DNA of 64,000 bases, from contig CAXXXF010000016.1 of the NCBI GenBank assembly GCA_963667175.2, positions 224,001 through 288,000 of the forward strand, written 5' to 3'. The position numbers and the translations under genes were made by a program. Below are positions 48,321 through 59,195 of this stretch, piece by piece (the stretch's first letter is position 1; every line of letters starts with the position of its first letter). The stretch comes from Candidatus Latescibacterota bacterium (GTDB lineage: Bacteria > Latescibacterota > UBA2968 > GCA-2709665). Below the pieces are notes generated by a model, which was not told the DNA's origin, searched no databases, and worked only from the letters and a program-made list of their open reading frames with translations.

Positions 48321-51300
48321 TCACCACTCCTTCTTCCAGAAAATCCCGAGTGACTTCCGATCGCGTTCCCGTTCGTTGCCCTCTCTCTGCTGCGCCTCCA
48401 GCGTCACCTGGGGCAACAGTTCGTATTCCACGACGACCTCCCGCCCCCTCGCCTCGGAAACGTCCTGCGCGTAGCTGACGAAGAACCGGGAGCCGAAATA
48501 CTTGCCAGCCCGCACCCGCGTTGCAGCGTCGCCCGTACCCAGGTCGATCTCGACGACGTCCAGATTCAGGCGCCGGCCGATCGTACGTTTCAACCGGTTC
48601 GCCGCGACGCCCAGCACAAGCCCCGCGGCACGACCCTCCAGGCGGCGACCGTCTTCGCCTTCCCCGCGCATCAAGACGGAAACGTCCTCGGCCGGCCTTC
48701 CGATCAACAGATACGAAAGGATGTCCGCTTCGTCCAGAGGCGGCGTCACGTCGCTTTCAAGGGAAATACTCGGTTCAACGATCGTGCCTCCCACAACGAC
48801 GCTGATCACCGCGTTTTCGCCGGATACCAACCTGATCCTGCGCGTTGCGATGACGTAGAGTTCCGGATTGATATCCGGACTGCCCCGGAAGTTGATTTCC
48901 CCGCGGTCGATCGCGAAACTGGTATTCTGAAACTCGTACCGGCCCTGCCGGCTGTCGAGGGCCCCGAAGAGCCTGATTCCCTCCTTGTCCTTCAAGAGAT
49001 CCACGTCTCCCGAAATCTCGACGTTCAGCTCCCTGTCGCGAATCCAGACGTTTCGAGCGGCCGAAACCCGGACGTCGCAGTTCAGATTCCGTACGAACGG
49101 CGACGTGATCCAGCCCACGTCGGTGGGGTATTCCATGAAGTCGGACAGCCTGAGTACGGCGCGGGTCAGCGCCACACTGCCCTCCATCCGCCCGGCGTTC
49201 GCGTCGCCCTTCAATTGAAGATCGGCGCGAAGGGCGGCCTTGAGTCCGGGAAGGTCGATCGCCTCGAACCCGTTCGCCTTCAAGGTCACGTCATAGCTTT
49301 CCAATGCCAGTCTATCCAACGTGATCTCGCCGCTCAGCGCGAATCCGGTCTTCTCCCGGCCGGATTCAAAGCGTTCGACGACGACCCGGTTCCCGTCGAA
49401 ACTCAGATCGGCCTCCACGTCTTCGATGGTCGTATTGAGAGGCGCGATCCGGGCTGCTCCATCGCGTAGCCTCAGCCATCCGCGCTGAATCAGACGCCGC
49501 GGCGTCCCTTCCACGGTCACGTCGACAGCCAGAACCCCCGCCGCGCCCCGGACCTCCTCCAGCGCGTCGGGAAGCATGCTCAGATCGACGCCGTCGGATT
49601 TCACCGAGACGCGAACGTCTCCATCGGGGAGGCGGAATTCGCGTTCCTCCGGCGTTACGTACAACGGGAACCGTCCCTTTAGCGACACGCTGCGGCCGGG
49701 GGACTGCACCAGGCTGAATTCCATCTCGGCGCGACGGTCTCCGTACACCAGAGACCCCGAGAACGCCTGAAACCGAACGCCGACGATTTCCCCCATCCTG
49801 ACGTCCAACACGGATTTTATTTTCGGATCATCCGGCGTGCCGGCCAGAGTGACGTGCCCACCAAGCGTCCCGAGCATCCCGCGGCCCAACCCCGTCAGTA
49901 ACGACCAGGTCTTCAAATCCACGTCGTCCAGCCGAACCGTCACGCCGGCAGATTCTCCGGTATGCCCGCTGGCTCGGATCCTGCCGGCGTCGCCGACCAG
50001 GGTGAACCGATCCACCGAGACGCCGTCGCCGGGGAGATATCTGATCCGACTGGGGCCGCCGCTCAGCACAGACGCGTCGTCCGTGCGAACGACAAGCGAA
50101 TCCAGGCCGAGCCAATACGCCCCGCCGGACGAACCGGCGCGCCCACGCAGATGAAGGACGTCGACGTCGTCCGTGCTACCGCCCAGCGTGAACGACGCTC
50201 CGGCTTCATCGAGGACCAGGTCCAGCGATGCGTTCCGAAAGACCCGCCCGCGCCACAAGACCGAATCCGCCCGGACGCGGGCGTCGCGCCCCGTCAGTCC
50301 ATGCAGGCGCGTTCCCAGTGCCGCGCCATGAGCCCGGACGTCGTCCCGATAGTTCAGCACGCCGGCCGCCAGGTTCGCGCGGACAACCGGCTTGTCCCAG
50401 GCGCCGACAATCCGGGCGGCCAACGACGCGGGACTGCCTGAGATTCCCCATCCCGACAGACGGCTCAACGCTTCGAAATCATATACCTGCCCCGTCGCGC
50501 GAATTTCGACGCTGTCGCCCGGGACGGCCCAACCGCTACCTTCGACCGTCACGGTTGTGCCGGCCAGGAAAAACCGCTCCAGGATCGTCCGCCGTCCCCG
50601 CTGCGCCACCCTCACCCTCGCGCTGTCCAGGCTGCCTCCGAGAAAGCGCGACGCCTCCACGGCGACGTCCGCGCTGGCTGCAATTGAATCCGGATGAAAG
50701 CCCTCGCCGTTCAATCGAAATTGCAGCGAAGCGCCTTCCAGGAGGTCCGTGCGGCCTAACAGCCGATCCACGGCCAAGCCGTCCAACCGCAGTTTCGCCC
50801 GGTAGGTGGGGGGGTTCCCTTCCGGTTTCCCGAACCGTCCCAGATCGACGCGCCCTTCACCCGTGATCACGCCCAGTCCTACCGGCAGTCGCACGGACAT
50901 GCTATCGAGCCTCACGACCCCTTCCCGGAACGACCCCCGAAACGCGAGACCCGTTGCGGCAGGCAGTCCTTCGATATTCAGGACATCGATCCTGGCGTCG
51001 CCTCGCCAGACCCGATCGGCCGCCCGCTTCAGCCAGAACGCCCCCGTGAGGTCGGCGCCGTCCGGAAAATGCCGCGACAACCTGGCAGGTTCCAGGCGTA
51101 CGAAGCGCGTCCTCAAGTCATAGCCCGGATCCCTCGAGATCCGGTTGACGTCGAGCCTGGCGTCCAGCTCGCCGGCCTCACCCTCCGCCTCTATGCTGAT
51201 CAGGAGCTTGTCGTTGTTCAACGACGCGGCCAGGTCCGCCGTATCGACGACCGTGCCATATAGTTGCGCGCGGGCGATGCCCCCGAGGACGGTCACGTCT

Positions 51301-52355
51301 GCAGTCGAGGGATCCAGGCCCTTACCCATCAGGCGGACGCCCCCATCGAAGCGGGCGTCCGGCGCCCACCGGGGGAGGACACGCGCCAGGTCGACGTCCG
51401 ACGCGCTCGCCTCGATATCGTAAGAAACGCGCTTCCCTGAATAATCGACAAAACCGGAAATCGCGCATACTCCCGAACCATAGCGGAGTCCCAGGTCCAG
51501 ATGCACGCGAGAGGCGTTTCCCCACACCCTTCCCGATGCGGACAGACTTCCCCGCGGGTACGCGCCGGGTAAGATGCGACCGATCTCATCAAACGCGAGA
51601 GAATCCGCACGAAAGGCGAAATCGTACTCGGGACGGGACAAACCGGTCAACGACCCGTCGACGCGGACGAGAGAACCCGCCGTCTGCATCCGGATCCCCT
51701 CGAACGTCAACCTACCGTCCGCGTACAGCGCCAGCCCCGACAAATTTCTGATCACGAGGGGCGGGTCGAAGACAATTGACCGGAAACGACGCAACGCCAG
51801 TTCACAACCGTCCGGGCCGGCCCGAAGTCCCGCAGCCATGTCCAGGCTGTCCGCCCTGCCCGCGGCAGCCGTCGTGACCCGGCCACCGACGACTTCCACG
51901 TGGCCGACCCGGATCTCCCGTTTCGGGCCGGCTTTCCACCACGCGGATTCGGCGGCTGGCAACAGACTGACGGCGGCGTCCGCGGCGGCCGACCCTTCCG
52001 GGAGCCGGAGCGCCGGTGCGGCCAGAACGAGTGTGTCCACGATCACGGATCCCGTGAGCAGTGCCGTCAACCTGTACCGTGCTTCCACCGCGTCGACCAT
52101 CAGCAGGGGCGCCCGTTCCGGACCAAGCCGCACACGTTCCGCCCGAAACCCCTTCAGGAGATTTCCGCGAAGGCCGCCAATCTTCACCGTCATCTTCAGG
52201 TCGCGGGCGAGCCATCGTTGCGCGTAGTCTCTCAGATAGGGGTTCAATCGTCCGGATCCCAACTCCAGCAGGCCGAATCCGACGACAACGAACACGGCAG
52301 CCGAGAGAAGAACGGCTATTTTTGCGACGCGCCTGACGAGCGTTTGATATCGCAT
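48321..52355 (-). CDS. tamB: translocation and assembly module TamB
   Basis: N-terminal TM, long beta-rich body, C-terminal DUF490-like region (F..SPDINP, DILSYLLIGRP, GKYF, VEYEL). Confidence 0.85.
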   Translation of the reverse strand: MRYQTLVRRVAKIAVLLSAAVFVVVGFGLLELGSGRLNPYLRDYAQRWLARDLKMTVKIGGLRGNLLKGFRAERVRLGPERAPLLMVDAVEARYRLTALLTGSVIVDTLVLAAPALRLPEGSAAADAAVSLLPAAESAWWKAGPKREIRVGHVEVVGGRVTTAAAGRADSLDMAAGLRAGPDGCELALRRFRSIVFDPPLVIRNLSGLALYADGRLTFEGIRMQTAGSLVRVDGSLTGLSRPEYDFAFRADSLAFDEIGRILPGAYPRGSLSASGRVWGNASRVHLDLGLRYGSGVCAISGFVDYSGKRVSYDIEASASDVDLARVLPRWAPDARFDGGVRLMGKGLDPSTADVTVLGGIARAQLYGTVVDTADLAASLNNDKLLISIEAEGEAGELDARLDVNRISRDPGYDLRTRFVRLEPARLSRHFPDGADLTGAFWLKRAADRVWRGDARIDVLNIEGLPAATGLAFRGSFREGVVRLDSMSVRLPVGLGVITGEGRVDLGRFGKPEGNPPTYRAKLRLDGLAVDRLLGRTDLLEGASLQFRLNGEGFHPDSIAASADVAVEASRFLGGSLDSARVRVAQRGRRTILERFFLAGTTVTVEGSGWAVPGDSVEIRATGQVYDFEALSRLSGWGISGSPASLAARIVGAWDKPVVRANLAAGVLNYRDDVRAHGAALGTRLHGLTGRDARVRADSVLWRGRVFRNASLDLVLDEAGASFTLGGSTDDVDVLHLRGRAGSSGGAYWLGLDSLVVRTDDASVLSGGPSRIRYLPGDGVSVDRFTLVGDAGRIRASGHTGESAGVTVRLDDVDLKTWSLLTGLGRGMLGTLGGHVTLAGTPDDPKIKSVLDVRMGEIVGVRFQAFSGSLVYGDRRAEMEFSLVQSPGRSVSLKGRFPLYVTPEEREFRLPDGDVRVSVKSDGVDLSMLPDALEEVRGAAGVLAVDVTVEGTPRRLIQRGWLRLRDGAARIAPLNTTIEDVEADLSFDGNRVVVERFESGREKTGFALSGEITLDRLALESYDVTLKANGFEAIDLPGLKAALRADLQLKGDANAGRMEGSVALTRAVLRLSDFMEYPTDVGWITSPFVRNLNCDVRVSAARNVWIRDRELNVEISGDVDLLKDKEGIRLFGALDSRQGRYEFQNTSFAIDRGEINFRGSPDINPELYVIATRRIRLVSGENAVISVVVGGTIVEPSISLESDVTPPLDEADILSYLLIGRPAEDVSVLMRGEGEDGRRLEGRAAGLVLGVAANRLKRTIGRRLNLDVVEIDLGTGDAATRVRAGKYFGSRFFVSYAQDVSEARGREVVVEYELLPQVTLEAQQREGNERERDRKSLGIFWKKEW

Positions 52356-52423
52356 GGAGCACCTGCAAATCGTGCGGGATGAGTAAATGCTGCGGTCGCT
52401 ATCGCCCCGCGTGCGCGGCGTTG

Positions 52424-54205
52424 TCAGAACGCCTGTCCCAGGCTGAAATGGATGCGCCGGCGAGGTTCGCCCGGATCCTCCGACAACCGGTACGCGAAAT
52501 CGAGCCTCACGGGGCTGATGGGGTTCAGATAGCGAAATCCTCCGCCCGCGGCCAGTCGCAACCGGCCCGGATCGAAGGCGCCGAAACGATCCGATCCCAC
52601 GTTTCCCGCGTCCAGAAACGCGGCCACGCCAAATCCGGGCAGCAGCCGGGCGCGGACTTCGATGCTTCCTTCGAGCGCGCTCCTGCCGCCCGACGGTTCC
52701 TCGTTTGCGTCCCTCGCGCCAAGCCGGTTCAGGCGCCATCCCCGGACGCTGTTGGCCCCGCCGGCGAAGAATCGTTCAAAGTTGGGGATCGAACCGAAGG
52801 TTCTTTCATTCAGGATCATCCCGCCCGAAACCCGCAGAGCCAGGACGCACTTCCAGAACAACCGTCGATACCACCTGCCCTCCCCCGACGCTTTGAGAAA
52901 CTCCCCGTTACCCGCAGCCTTTACCGCGAGTTCGGCCAGCAGACCGCGCTGGGGGTCGAAATAGTCGTCTCTTCTGTCTTCCAGATATTCCACCGTAAGC
53001 GTGGCGCGCGTGCTGTCCAGCTCGAAATCGACGACTTCGGTCCTCGCCTCGATCAGGACTCTCCCGGTCGCGCGAAACGTCCGTTCAATCGCCGCGGTGG
53101 CGCCCCCGCGCTTCACCCGCACCTCTTTCGGTCGCTCCTGCTCCACGAAGCCGGTCAGATGCAGCCACGTCCTGCTTCCCAGAATGTACGGCTGTCTGAC
53201 GCCGACCATTGCCCGTGCTTCCAGCGCGGACGCGGAGGACTCAATGGTCAATTGGCGCGCGTCCCCACCCAGAAAACTCCGGTGCCGCCATGCCAGCAAC
53301 CCCCTTATCCGCTCCTCGGTATCGTAACCGGCCCCCAATTTCAGGCTGCGTGCCGGGCGCTCGCGAACGACAACGCGCACGTCCACGGGGCTCTTCGCCG
53401 CGGCCGTATCGGGCAGGCCGACTGAAACCGACCGAAACGCCTCAGACCGATGGAGTTGGAGCCGGCTATTCAAGAGGTCCTTCTTCCTGTAGGGGTCTCC
53501 TTCCCGAAACGTCAGACCTCGAAGGATGAGGCCGTCTGAAACCCTGCGATTGCCCTCGATTCGCACCTGCCCGAACCGGCACCGGGGTCCGGGCGCCGCC
53601 CGAAACGTCACGATGGCCCGGTCGGCCCGCCGCGACACTGCCGCCTCGACCTTCGCAAAGGCATAGCCGCCGTCCTGGAGCCAGTCGGAAATCAGTTTGA
53701 GGTCGGCCTCGCGGCCCATGCGCGTCAACGGACGGTCAGGTGTGGTGGTCAGTCCATTCATCAGGCGCAGGCTGTCCCGCGGGCTAACTGCCGGAAGACC
53801 CTCGAGACGAACGCCGGATATCACAACGGGATTTCCTTCGCGTATTCGGATCCGGACGCGAACAAAGCCCTCGCGGTACCGTTCGACGACGGTGTCCACG
53901 ACGGCGTCAAAATGGCCGAGGTCCCGGTAACGCGCCGCGATCCTGTTGACGTCCGACCGAAACACGCGCGCGTCGTATCGTCGCATTTTCGCGCCGGAAA
54001 AGGTCCCGTACCATGGGTTCGCGCGGGTATTCATCAACCTCCTAACGTCGCCGTTCGAGAGCACGCGATTTCCCTGGATCTCAACCGCCGTCACGATATC
54101 GGACGCTTTCTCACGGGCCGAAAGGATACCGGACAGTCCGGAAACGACAACGACGGCGACCGTTCTGAGGATGATCAAATCTCTCAATCCTATCCGGGCA
54201 GGCAT
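52424..54205 (-). CDS. tamA: Omp85-family outer membrane protein TamA
   Basis: Three POTRA-like repeats, RFFAGGANSVRGW, FLDAGNV, C-terminal FSLGQAF; upstream of tamB. Confidence 0.85.
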   Translation of the reverse strand: MPARIGLRDLIILRTVAVVVVSGLSGILSAREKASDIVTAVEIQGNRVLSNGDVRRLMNTRANPWYGTFSGAKMRRYDARVFRSDVNRIAARYRDLGHFDAVVDTVVERYREGFVRVRIRIREGNPVVISGVRLEGLPAVSPRDSLRLMNGLTTTPDRPLTRMGREADLKLISDWLQDGGYAFAKVEAAVSRRADRAIVTFRAAPGPRCRFGQVRIEGNRRVSDGLILRGLTFREGDPYRKKDLLNSRLQLHRSEAFRSVSVGLPDTAAAKSPVDVRVVVRERPARSLKLGAGYDTEERIRGLLAWRHRSFLGGDARQLTIESSASALEARAMVGVRQPYILGSRTWLHLTGFVEQERPKEVRVKRGGATAAIERTFRATGRVLIEARTEVVDFELDSTRATLTVEYLEDRRDDYFDPQRGLLAELAVKAAGNGEFLKASGEGRWYRRLFWKCVLALRVSGGMILNERTFGSIPNFERFFAGGANSVRGWRLNRLGARDANEEPSGGRSALEGSIEVRARLLPGFGVAAFLDAGNVGSDRFGAFDPGRLRLAAGGGFRYLNPISPVRLDFAYRLSEDPGEPRRRIHFSLGQAF

Positions 54206-54411
54206 TGGCGCGCGGCGATGGCAACAAAGCGGTCGGACTGAGTCAATACTCGGGCCGGCCGCGGCGCTTCTTTTGACGCCCGCCGCCGCCGGTTTCAGGG
54301 CGGGCGCCCGCATCGGAAGATATGTCTCACGAACCGCGGCACAAGAGATTTCTATCCTGCCGTCCATTTGCGTCGCCGCTAAAGGCTGCGTTTCGGCAAC
54401 CGATGCGCCCG

Positions 54412-54453
54412 AAAATGGAAAGGCCCCGATTCCCCTTTCGGGGAAAGGGACCC
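54412..54453 (-). terminator. intrinsic terminator after clpB
   Basis: Minus-strand hairpin with TTCCCC-GAAA-GGGGAA core followed by TTTCCATTTT. Confidence 0.6.
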
Positions 54454-54474
54454 GACGCGGCCGCCGTACCCTTG

Positions 54475-57105
54475 TCATCCACTCGCGGCGGCGACCTCCG
54501 AAGGCTGGTTTTCGTGGCGGACGGCAATCCTGCCGTGCTCCAGGTCCACGCGGATCCGCGCGCCGTCGCGGATTTCGCCGGCAATCAGCCCCCTGCCGAT
54601 TCTCGTCTCCAACTCACGCTGCAGATACCGTCTGAGCGGGCGAGCGCCGTAGACGGGATCGAACCCTTCGCGGGCGACGAATTCGCGCGCGCTGTCGGCG
54701 ATCTCAAGGTCGATCCGCCTGTCCACCAGTCGTCTTCGGACGTCTGCGGTCAACAGATCGACGATCTTTGCGATTTCGTCCCGGGTCAAGGCCTTGAAGA
54801 GGACGACGTCATCTACCCGATTGAGAAACTCGGGCCTGAAGTGGCGGCGCATCTCATCCATCACCGCCCTGCGGGCTTCGTCGTTGATTTCCCCGCCATC
54901 CGTCACGCGATCCAGCATGCGGGACCCACCAATGTTCGAGGTCATGATAATCACCGTGTTTTTGAAGTCCACGGTCCGGCCCCGGGCGTCGGTCAGGCGC
55001 CCGTCCTCGAGGATCTGCAGCAGCGCGTTGAACACGTCGTTGTGGGCCTTCTCGATTTCGTCGAACAGGACCACCGAGTAGGGCTTTCTGCGGACCGCTT
55101 CGGTCAACTGTCCCCCATCGTCGTAACCCACGTATCCGGGAGGCGCGCCGACAAGCCGTGAGACCGAATGCCTCTCCATGTATTCGCTCATATCGATCCG
55201 GACCATATTGTCCTCGGCGTCGAACAGCGCTTCCGCCAGCGCCTTCGCCAGTTCGGTCTTGCCGACACCCGTGGGGCCCAGAAAGATAAACGAGCCGATG
55301 GGCCGGCGCGGGTCCTTGACCCCCGCACGGGCGCGGATAACCGCGTCGGCCACCAGCGACACCGCTTCCTCCTGACCCACGACGCGCCGGTGCAGAATCT
55401 CGTCGAGCCGGAGGAGCTTCTCGCGTTCGCCTTCCACCAGCCTGGCCACGGGGATCCCGGTCCAGCGCGAGACGATCTCCGCGATCTCCTCCCCGGTCAC
55501 TTCTTCACGAAGCAGGCGGCCGTTTCCCTGCGACCGCGCCTCCGCGGCCGCGAGCTTCTGCTCCAGTTCCGGAAGCCGCCCGTGATTCAACTCCGCCAGC
55601 CGGCTCAGATCGTACTTTCGTTCGGCGTCTTCGATCTCGCGCCTCACCGATTCGATCTGTTCGCGAAGTGTGCGCACCGCGTCGATGACTTCCTTCTCGG
55701 ATTCCCACTGAGCCCGCATCGCGCCGGCCTGCGCCTTCAGATCGGCCAGTTCCTTACGAAGGTCGTCAAGTCGCTGTGCGCTTCCCTTGTCCGACTCATT
55801 CTTCAGCGCCGCCTCTTCGATTTCTAGCCGCATCACCCTCCGGGTGACCTCGTCCAGGCCGGCGGGCATGGAATCGATTTCGGTTCGGATCATCGCGCAG
55901 GCCTCGTCCACGAGGTCGATCGCCTTATCGGGCAGAAACCGGTCCGATACGTACCGGTCGGAGAGCACGGCCGCACTCACGAGGGCGTTGTCCTGGATGC
56001 GCGCCCCATGGTGCAACTCGTACCTTTCGCGAAGTCCCCTGAGAATCGAAATCGTGTCCTCCACCGAGGGCGCATCCACCGTTACGGGCTGGAACCGCCG
56101 CTCCAGGGCGGCGTCTTTCTCGATGTACCTCCGGTATTCGTCCAGCGTGGTCGCACCGATACAGTGCAACTCGCCGCGCGCCAGCATCGGCTTGAGCATA
56201 TTTCCCGCGTCCGCGGACCCTTCGGTTCGTCCGGCGCCGACGATGTTGTGGACCTCGTCGATAAACAACAGAATGCGGCCCTCGCTCTGCGCGATCTCGT
56301 TCAGGACCGCCTTGAGCCGCTCTTCGAACTCACCACGGAATTTGGCGCCAGCCAGCAGTGCCCCCATATCGAGGGAGAACACGGTACGCTCTTTCATCCA
56401 CTCCGGTACGTCACCCCTTACGATCCGCTGCGCGAGACCTTCGACCACGGCGGTCTTCCCGACGCCGGGCTCCCCGATCAGGACCGGGTTGTTCTTGGTT
56501 TTTCGGGAAAGAATGCGCACGAGCCTCCTGATTTCCGCGTCCCGGCCGATCACCGGATCCAGCTTGCCCACTCGGGCTTGTGCGACCAGGTCCACGCCGT
56601 ACTTCTCGAGCGCCTCGTACGTGCCTTCAGGTTCCGGGCCGGTCACCCGCTGATTCCCGCGCACGCGGGTCAACGCATCGAGAAACGCCTCCCTCGTGGC
56701 TCCGGCCTTCCCCAGAACCCGTCCCGCCTGCGTATCCGGACCTTCGCCCAGCAACGCCAGGGCCAGGTGTTCCACCGAAACGTACTCGTCCTTCAGCCGC
56801 CCGGCCTCGTCCCCCGCCCGTTGGATCAATTGTTGGAAACGCTGCGTCACGTACACCCTTCCGGGTTCCGAAGGGCCGACGGTCTGCCGGGGCCTTCCGC
56901 CGAGTTCGCGCTCCAGATCCGCGTTCAGGCCTTCCACGTCGATCTCCATCCTCGCCAGGATTCGCGGAATCAAGCCATCCGGCTGCCCCAGGAGCGCCAG
57001 AAGCAGATGTTCGCCGTCCACCTCGACGTGCCCGTACCGGGTCGAAGCCGTTTGCGCGTCCCGAAGCGCCTCCTGCGATTTTTGTGTGAATCTGTTCAGT
57101 TCCAT
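54475..57105 (-). CDS. clpB: ATP-dependent chaperone ClpB
   Basis: Two AAA+ domains ([16 protein letters not shown]), coiled-coil M domain, GARPLRR; RBS AAGGAGGT. Confidence 0.98.
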   Translation of the reverse strand: MELNRFTQKSQEALRDAQTASTRYGHVEVDGEHLLLALLGQPDGLIPRILARMEIDVEGLNADLERELGGRPRQTVGPSEPGRVYVTQRFQQLIQRAGDEAGRLKDEYVSVEHLALALLGEGPDTQAGRVLGKAGATREAFLDALTRVRGNQRVTGPEPEGTYEALEKYGVDLVAQARVGKLDPVIGRDAEIRRLVRILSRKTKNNPVLIGEPGVGKTAVVEGLAQRIVRGDVPEWMKERTVFSLDMGALLAGAKFRGEFEERLKAVLNEIAQSEGRILLFIDEVHNIVGAGRTEGSADAGNMLKPMLARGELHCIGATTLDEYRRYIEKDAALERRFQPVTVDAPSVEDTISILRGLRERYELHHGARIQDNALVSAAVLSDRYVSDRFLPDKAIDLVDEACAMIRTEIDSMPAGLDEVTRRVMRLEIEEAALKNESDKGSAQRLDDLRKELADLKAQAGAMRAQWESEKEVIDAVRTLREQIESVRREIEDAERKYDLSRLAELNHGRLPELEQKLAAAEARSQGNGRLLREEVTGEEIAEIVSRWTGIPVARLVEGEREKLLRLDEILHRRVVGQEEAVSLVADAVIRARAGVKDPRRPIGSFIFLGPTGVGKTELAKALAEALFDAEDNMVRIDMSEYMERHSVSRLVGAPPGYVGYDDGGQLTEAVRRKPYSVVLFDEIEKAHNDVFNALLQILEDGRLTDARGRTVDFKNTVIIMTSNIGGSRMLDRVTDGGEINDEARRAVMDEMRRHFRPEFLNRVDDVVLFKALTRDEIAKIVDLLTADVRRRLVDRRIDLEIADSAREFVAREGFDPVYGARPLRRYLQRELETRIGRGLIAGEIRDGARIRVDLEHGRIAVRHENQPSEVAAASG

Positions 57106-57223
57106 CCGAGACCTCCTTCTATTCAAACGTGGATCCCGGCGTCACGCCGTCACGTCGCCGCTGCGATCCCGGTCCAATGGCTCATTGAAGATGACCGTCC
57201 GAACGACGGCTGCTCGATATGCA

Positions 57224-57239
57224 TGCAATGACTGTGCCA
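57224..57239 (-). promoter_or_regulatory. sigma54-type -24/-12 promoter upstream of clpB
   Basis: Minus strand TGGCACAGTCATTGCA. Confidence 0.6.
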
Positions 57240-57345
57240 GTATTCCAATCGGGCGGATGTGAAATGCGGTTGAACTCGACCCGTTCATCGCGTAACTTTG
57301 CGGATCGCAGCCCACCTTCTGCCGTGCCGTCTCGAGGAACGCCGG

Positions 57346-58179
57346 ATGAAACCCGATTCAGAAGCCCTTGCTGTATTCGCTCCCGATCTCTTCGCCGGCC
57401 GGACCGCGCTCGTAACCGGCGGCGGCCGGGGAATCGGCCGAAGAATCGCCCTCGCGTTCGCGCGGTTGGGCGCGCACGTTGTGATTGCCGGCCGGAATTC
57501 CGAAACGCTCACGTCCGCCGCCGGCGAGATCACCGGCGCCGGGGCGCAATGCCTGGCCCTGCCCGTCAATATCCGTGAAACAGGACAGGTCGAAGAGTTC
57601 GTCTCCAGGGCGGTGGACGAATTCGGCGCGATCGACTTCCTGGTCAACAACGCGGGAGGTCAGTTCCCCGCGCGTCCGTCTGAGATCACCGACAGGGGCT
57701 GGCGCGCGGTGGTCGATCTGAACCTCAATGGCACCTGGAACATGTGCAGCCGTATCGGGCCTCACATGGTCGGCAATCGCTTCGGATCGATCGTGAATAT
57801 CGTCCACGTGTACGCACTCGATCGGGGCGCGCCGCCTTTTGCCCACTCCGGCGCCGCGCGGGCGGGCGTGGTCAACCTGACCAGAACCCTGGGCCACGAC
57901 TATGCAGGCCGCAACGTGCGGGTGAACGCCGTCGCGCCTGGATTTGTGGACACCGCCGGCCTTCGAGAGCATGAATTCGAGCCCCTCCAGCACAATGACT
58001 TCGAATCCACGGCCCTGCGGGACGTCCCCGCGGGCCGGTTCGCGGACCCTGACGAAGTGGCGGCGATCACGCTCTTCCTGTGTTCTCCGGCCGCGGCATA
58101 CATCACCGGCACGACGATCGTCGCCGACGGCGCACTGTCTCTGGGCAACTGGACCCCATGGATGGCGCAGGAACCGTAG
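57346..58179 (+). CDS. SDR oxidoreductase (trans-2-enoyl/2,4-dienoyl-CoA reductase-like)
   Basis: TGGGRGIG, NNAGGQF, HSGAARAGV. Confidence 0.9.
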   Translation: MKPDSEALAVFAPDLFAGRTALVTGGGRGIGRRIALAFARLGAHVVIAGRNSETLTSAAGEITGAGAQCLALPVNIRETGQVEEFVSRAVDEFGAIDFLVNNAGGQFPARPSEITDRGWRAVVDLNLNGTWNMCSRIGPHMVGNRFGSIVNIVHVYALDRGAPPFAHSGAARAGVVNLTRTLGHDYAGRNVRVNAVAPGFVDTAGLREHEFEPLQHNDFESTALRDVPAGRFADPDEVAAITLFLCSPAAAYITGTTIVADGALSLGNWTPWMAQEP

Positions 58180-58194
58180 CGGTTTAGAGGAAAA

Positions 58195-58229
58195 ACAAAA
58201 GCGACCGGGAGTTTCCCGACCGCTTTTGT
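58195..58229. terminator. probable bidirectional terminator
   Basis: ACAAAAGCG..CGGGA-GTT-TCCCG..CGCTTTTGT. Confidence 0.6.
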
Positions 58230-58248
58230 CTTCGACCCTCGTTGTCTT

Positions 58249-58285
58249 ATATGCCATTTCGGCACATAATGCCGAAATGGCATAT
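58249..58285. repeat. perfect 16-bp inverted repeat
   Basis: ATATGCCATTTCGGCA-CATAA-TGCCGAAATGGCATAT. Confidence 0.85.
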
Positions 58286-58335
58286 CATTGCGATAATCGC
58301 TGCCGATCCCGTCTCTCAATACGCTAAAGCCGAAC

Positions 58336-59142
58336 TCAATATCCGATTCGACGCAGAAATCTGTATGTCTTCCGGCTCCGCCTGGCTTCGCTGATGGGGT
58401 CATCGGCGCCCGGTACGGGATTTCCCGGACAACTGGTTACCCAGCGGGAGAAGCCGATTTCCTCCAGCACCTTTCGAATCACCGTGAAATCCAGATCCGA
58501 CCCGTCGCCCACGTCGCACCAGACCGGATCGTACCGTCCGCTCTGGTCCCGTGAGGTGGACGTATAATCCTGAAAGTGCATGTAATTCAACCGGCTGCTG
58601 AAATCCCGTATCGAGGCGGCCGGATCGTATCCCCACAGCAGGGCGTGGGACACGTCGATACACAGCTTTGCCTTCCGAAGCCGTCCGGTATAGAATTGCC
58701 AGTCCGCCACGGAGTCGACCAGGGTATTGGTGTGAATGTGGTAGCTGATTTCCAGTCCCAGCGCCTCCGCGTATTCGGCCCAGGCTTCCGCGCCCTCTGC
58801 CGCCGCCGTCAGGTCGTCCTCGTTCACGGGCCGGCCGGCCGGTTTGCCGCCGCTCATGAACATGAAGCAGTCGGCCCCCACTTCCGCGGCGTATTCCATC
58901 CGCCGCCGGTTGCGCTCCACGTGCGCCCAGTCCCTCACGTCCGGCGACCCGCTTGCGGTATATACCGCAAGCGGCAATCCCGCGTTTTCGCACACGCGCC
59001 GCAACCGCGACGGCGGCCCCAGCCAGTCCGGGGACAACCGGCCCTCCCAGCCGTCCCAACCGGCAGCTTTCAATGCGTCCAGCGCCGGCTCCAGGTCGGG
59101 TTCCTGCCATCTCAGCGTACTGTATCCCAGTTTGAAGGCCAT
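58336..59142 (-). CDS. sugar phosphate isomerase/epimerase (IolE-like TIM barrel)
   Basis: YHIH, CIDVSH, YMHFQD, VGDG. Confidence 0.82.
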   Translation of the reverse strand: MAFKLGYSTLRWQEPDLEPALDALKAAGWDGWEGRLSPDWLGPPSRLRRVCENAGLPLAVYTASGSPDVRDWAHVERNRRRMEYAAEVGADCFMFMSGGKPAGRPVNEDDLTAAAEGAEAWAEYAEALGLEISYHIHTNTLVDSVADWQFYTGRLRKAKLCIDVSHALLWGYDPAASIRDFSSRLNYMHFQDYTSTSRDQSGRYDPVWCDVGDGSDLDFTVIRKVLEEIGFSRWVTSCPGNPVPGADDPISEARRSRKTYRFLRRIGY

Positions 59143-59195
59143 GGATTCCTCCGTCTGCGCTTCGAAGCTGTCCTAAAGGGGAAGGCGCTTCGCGC

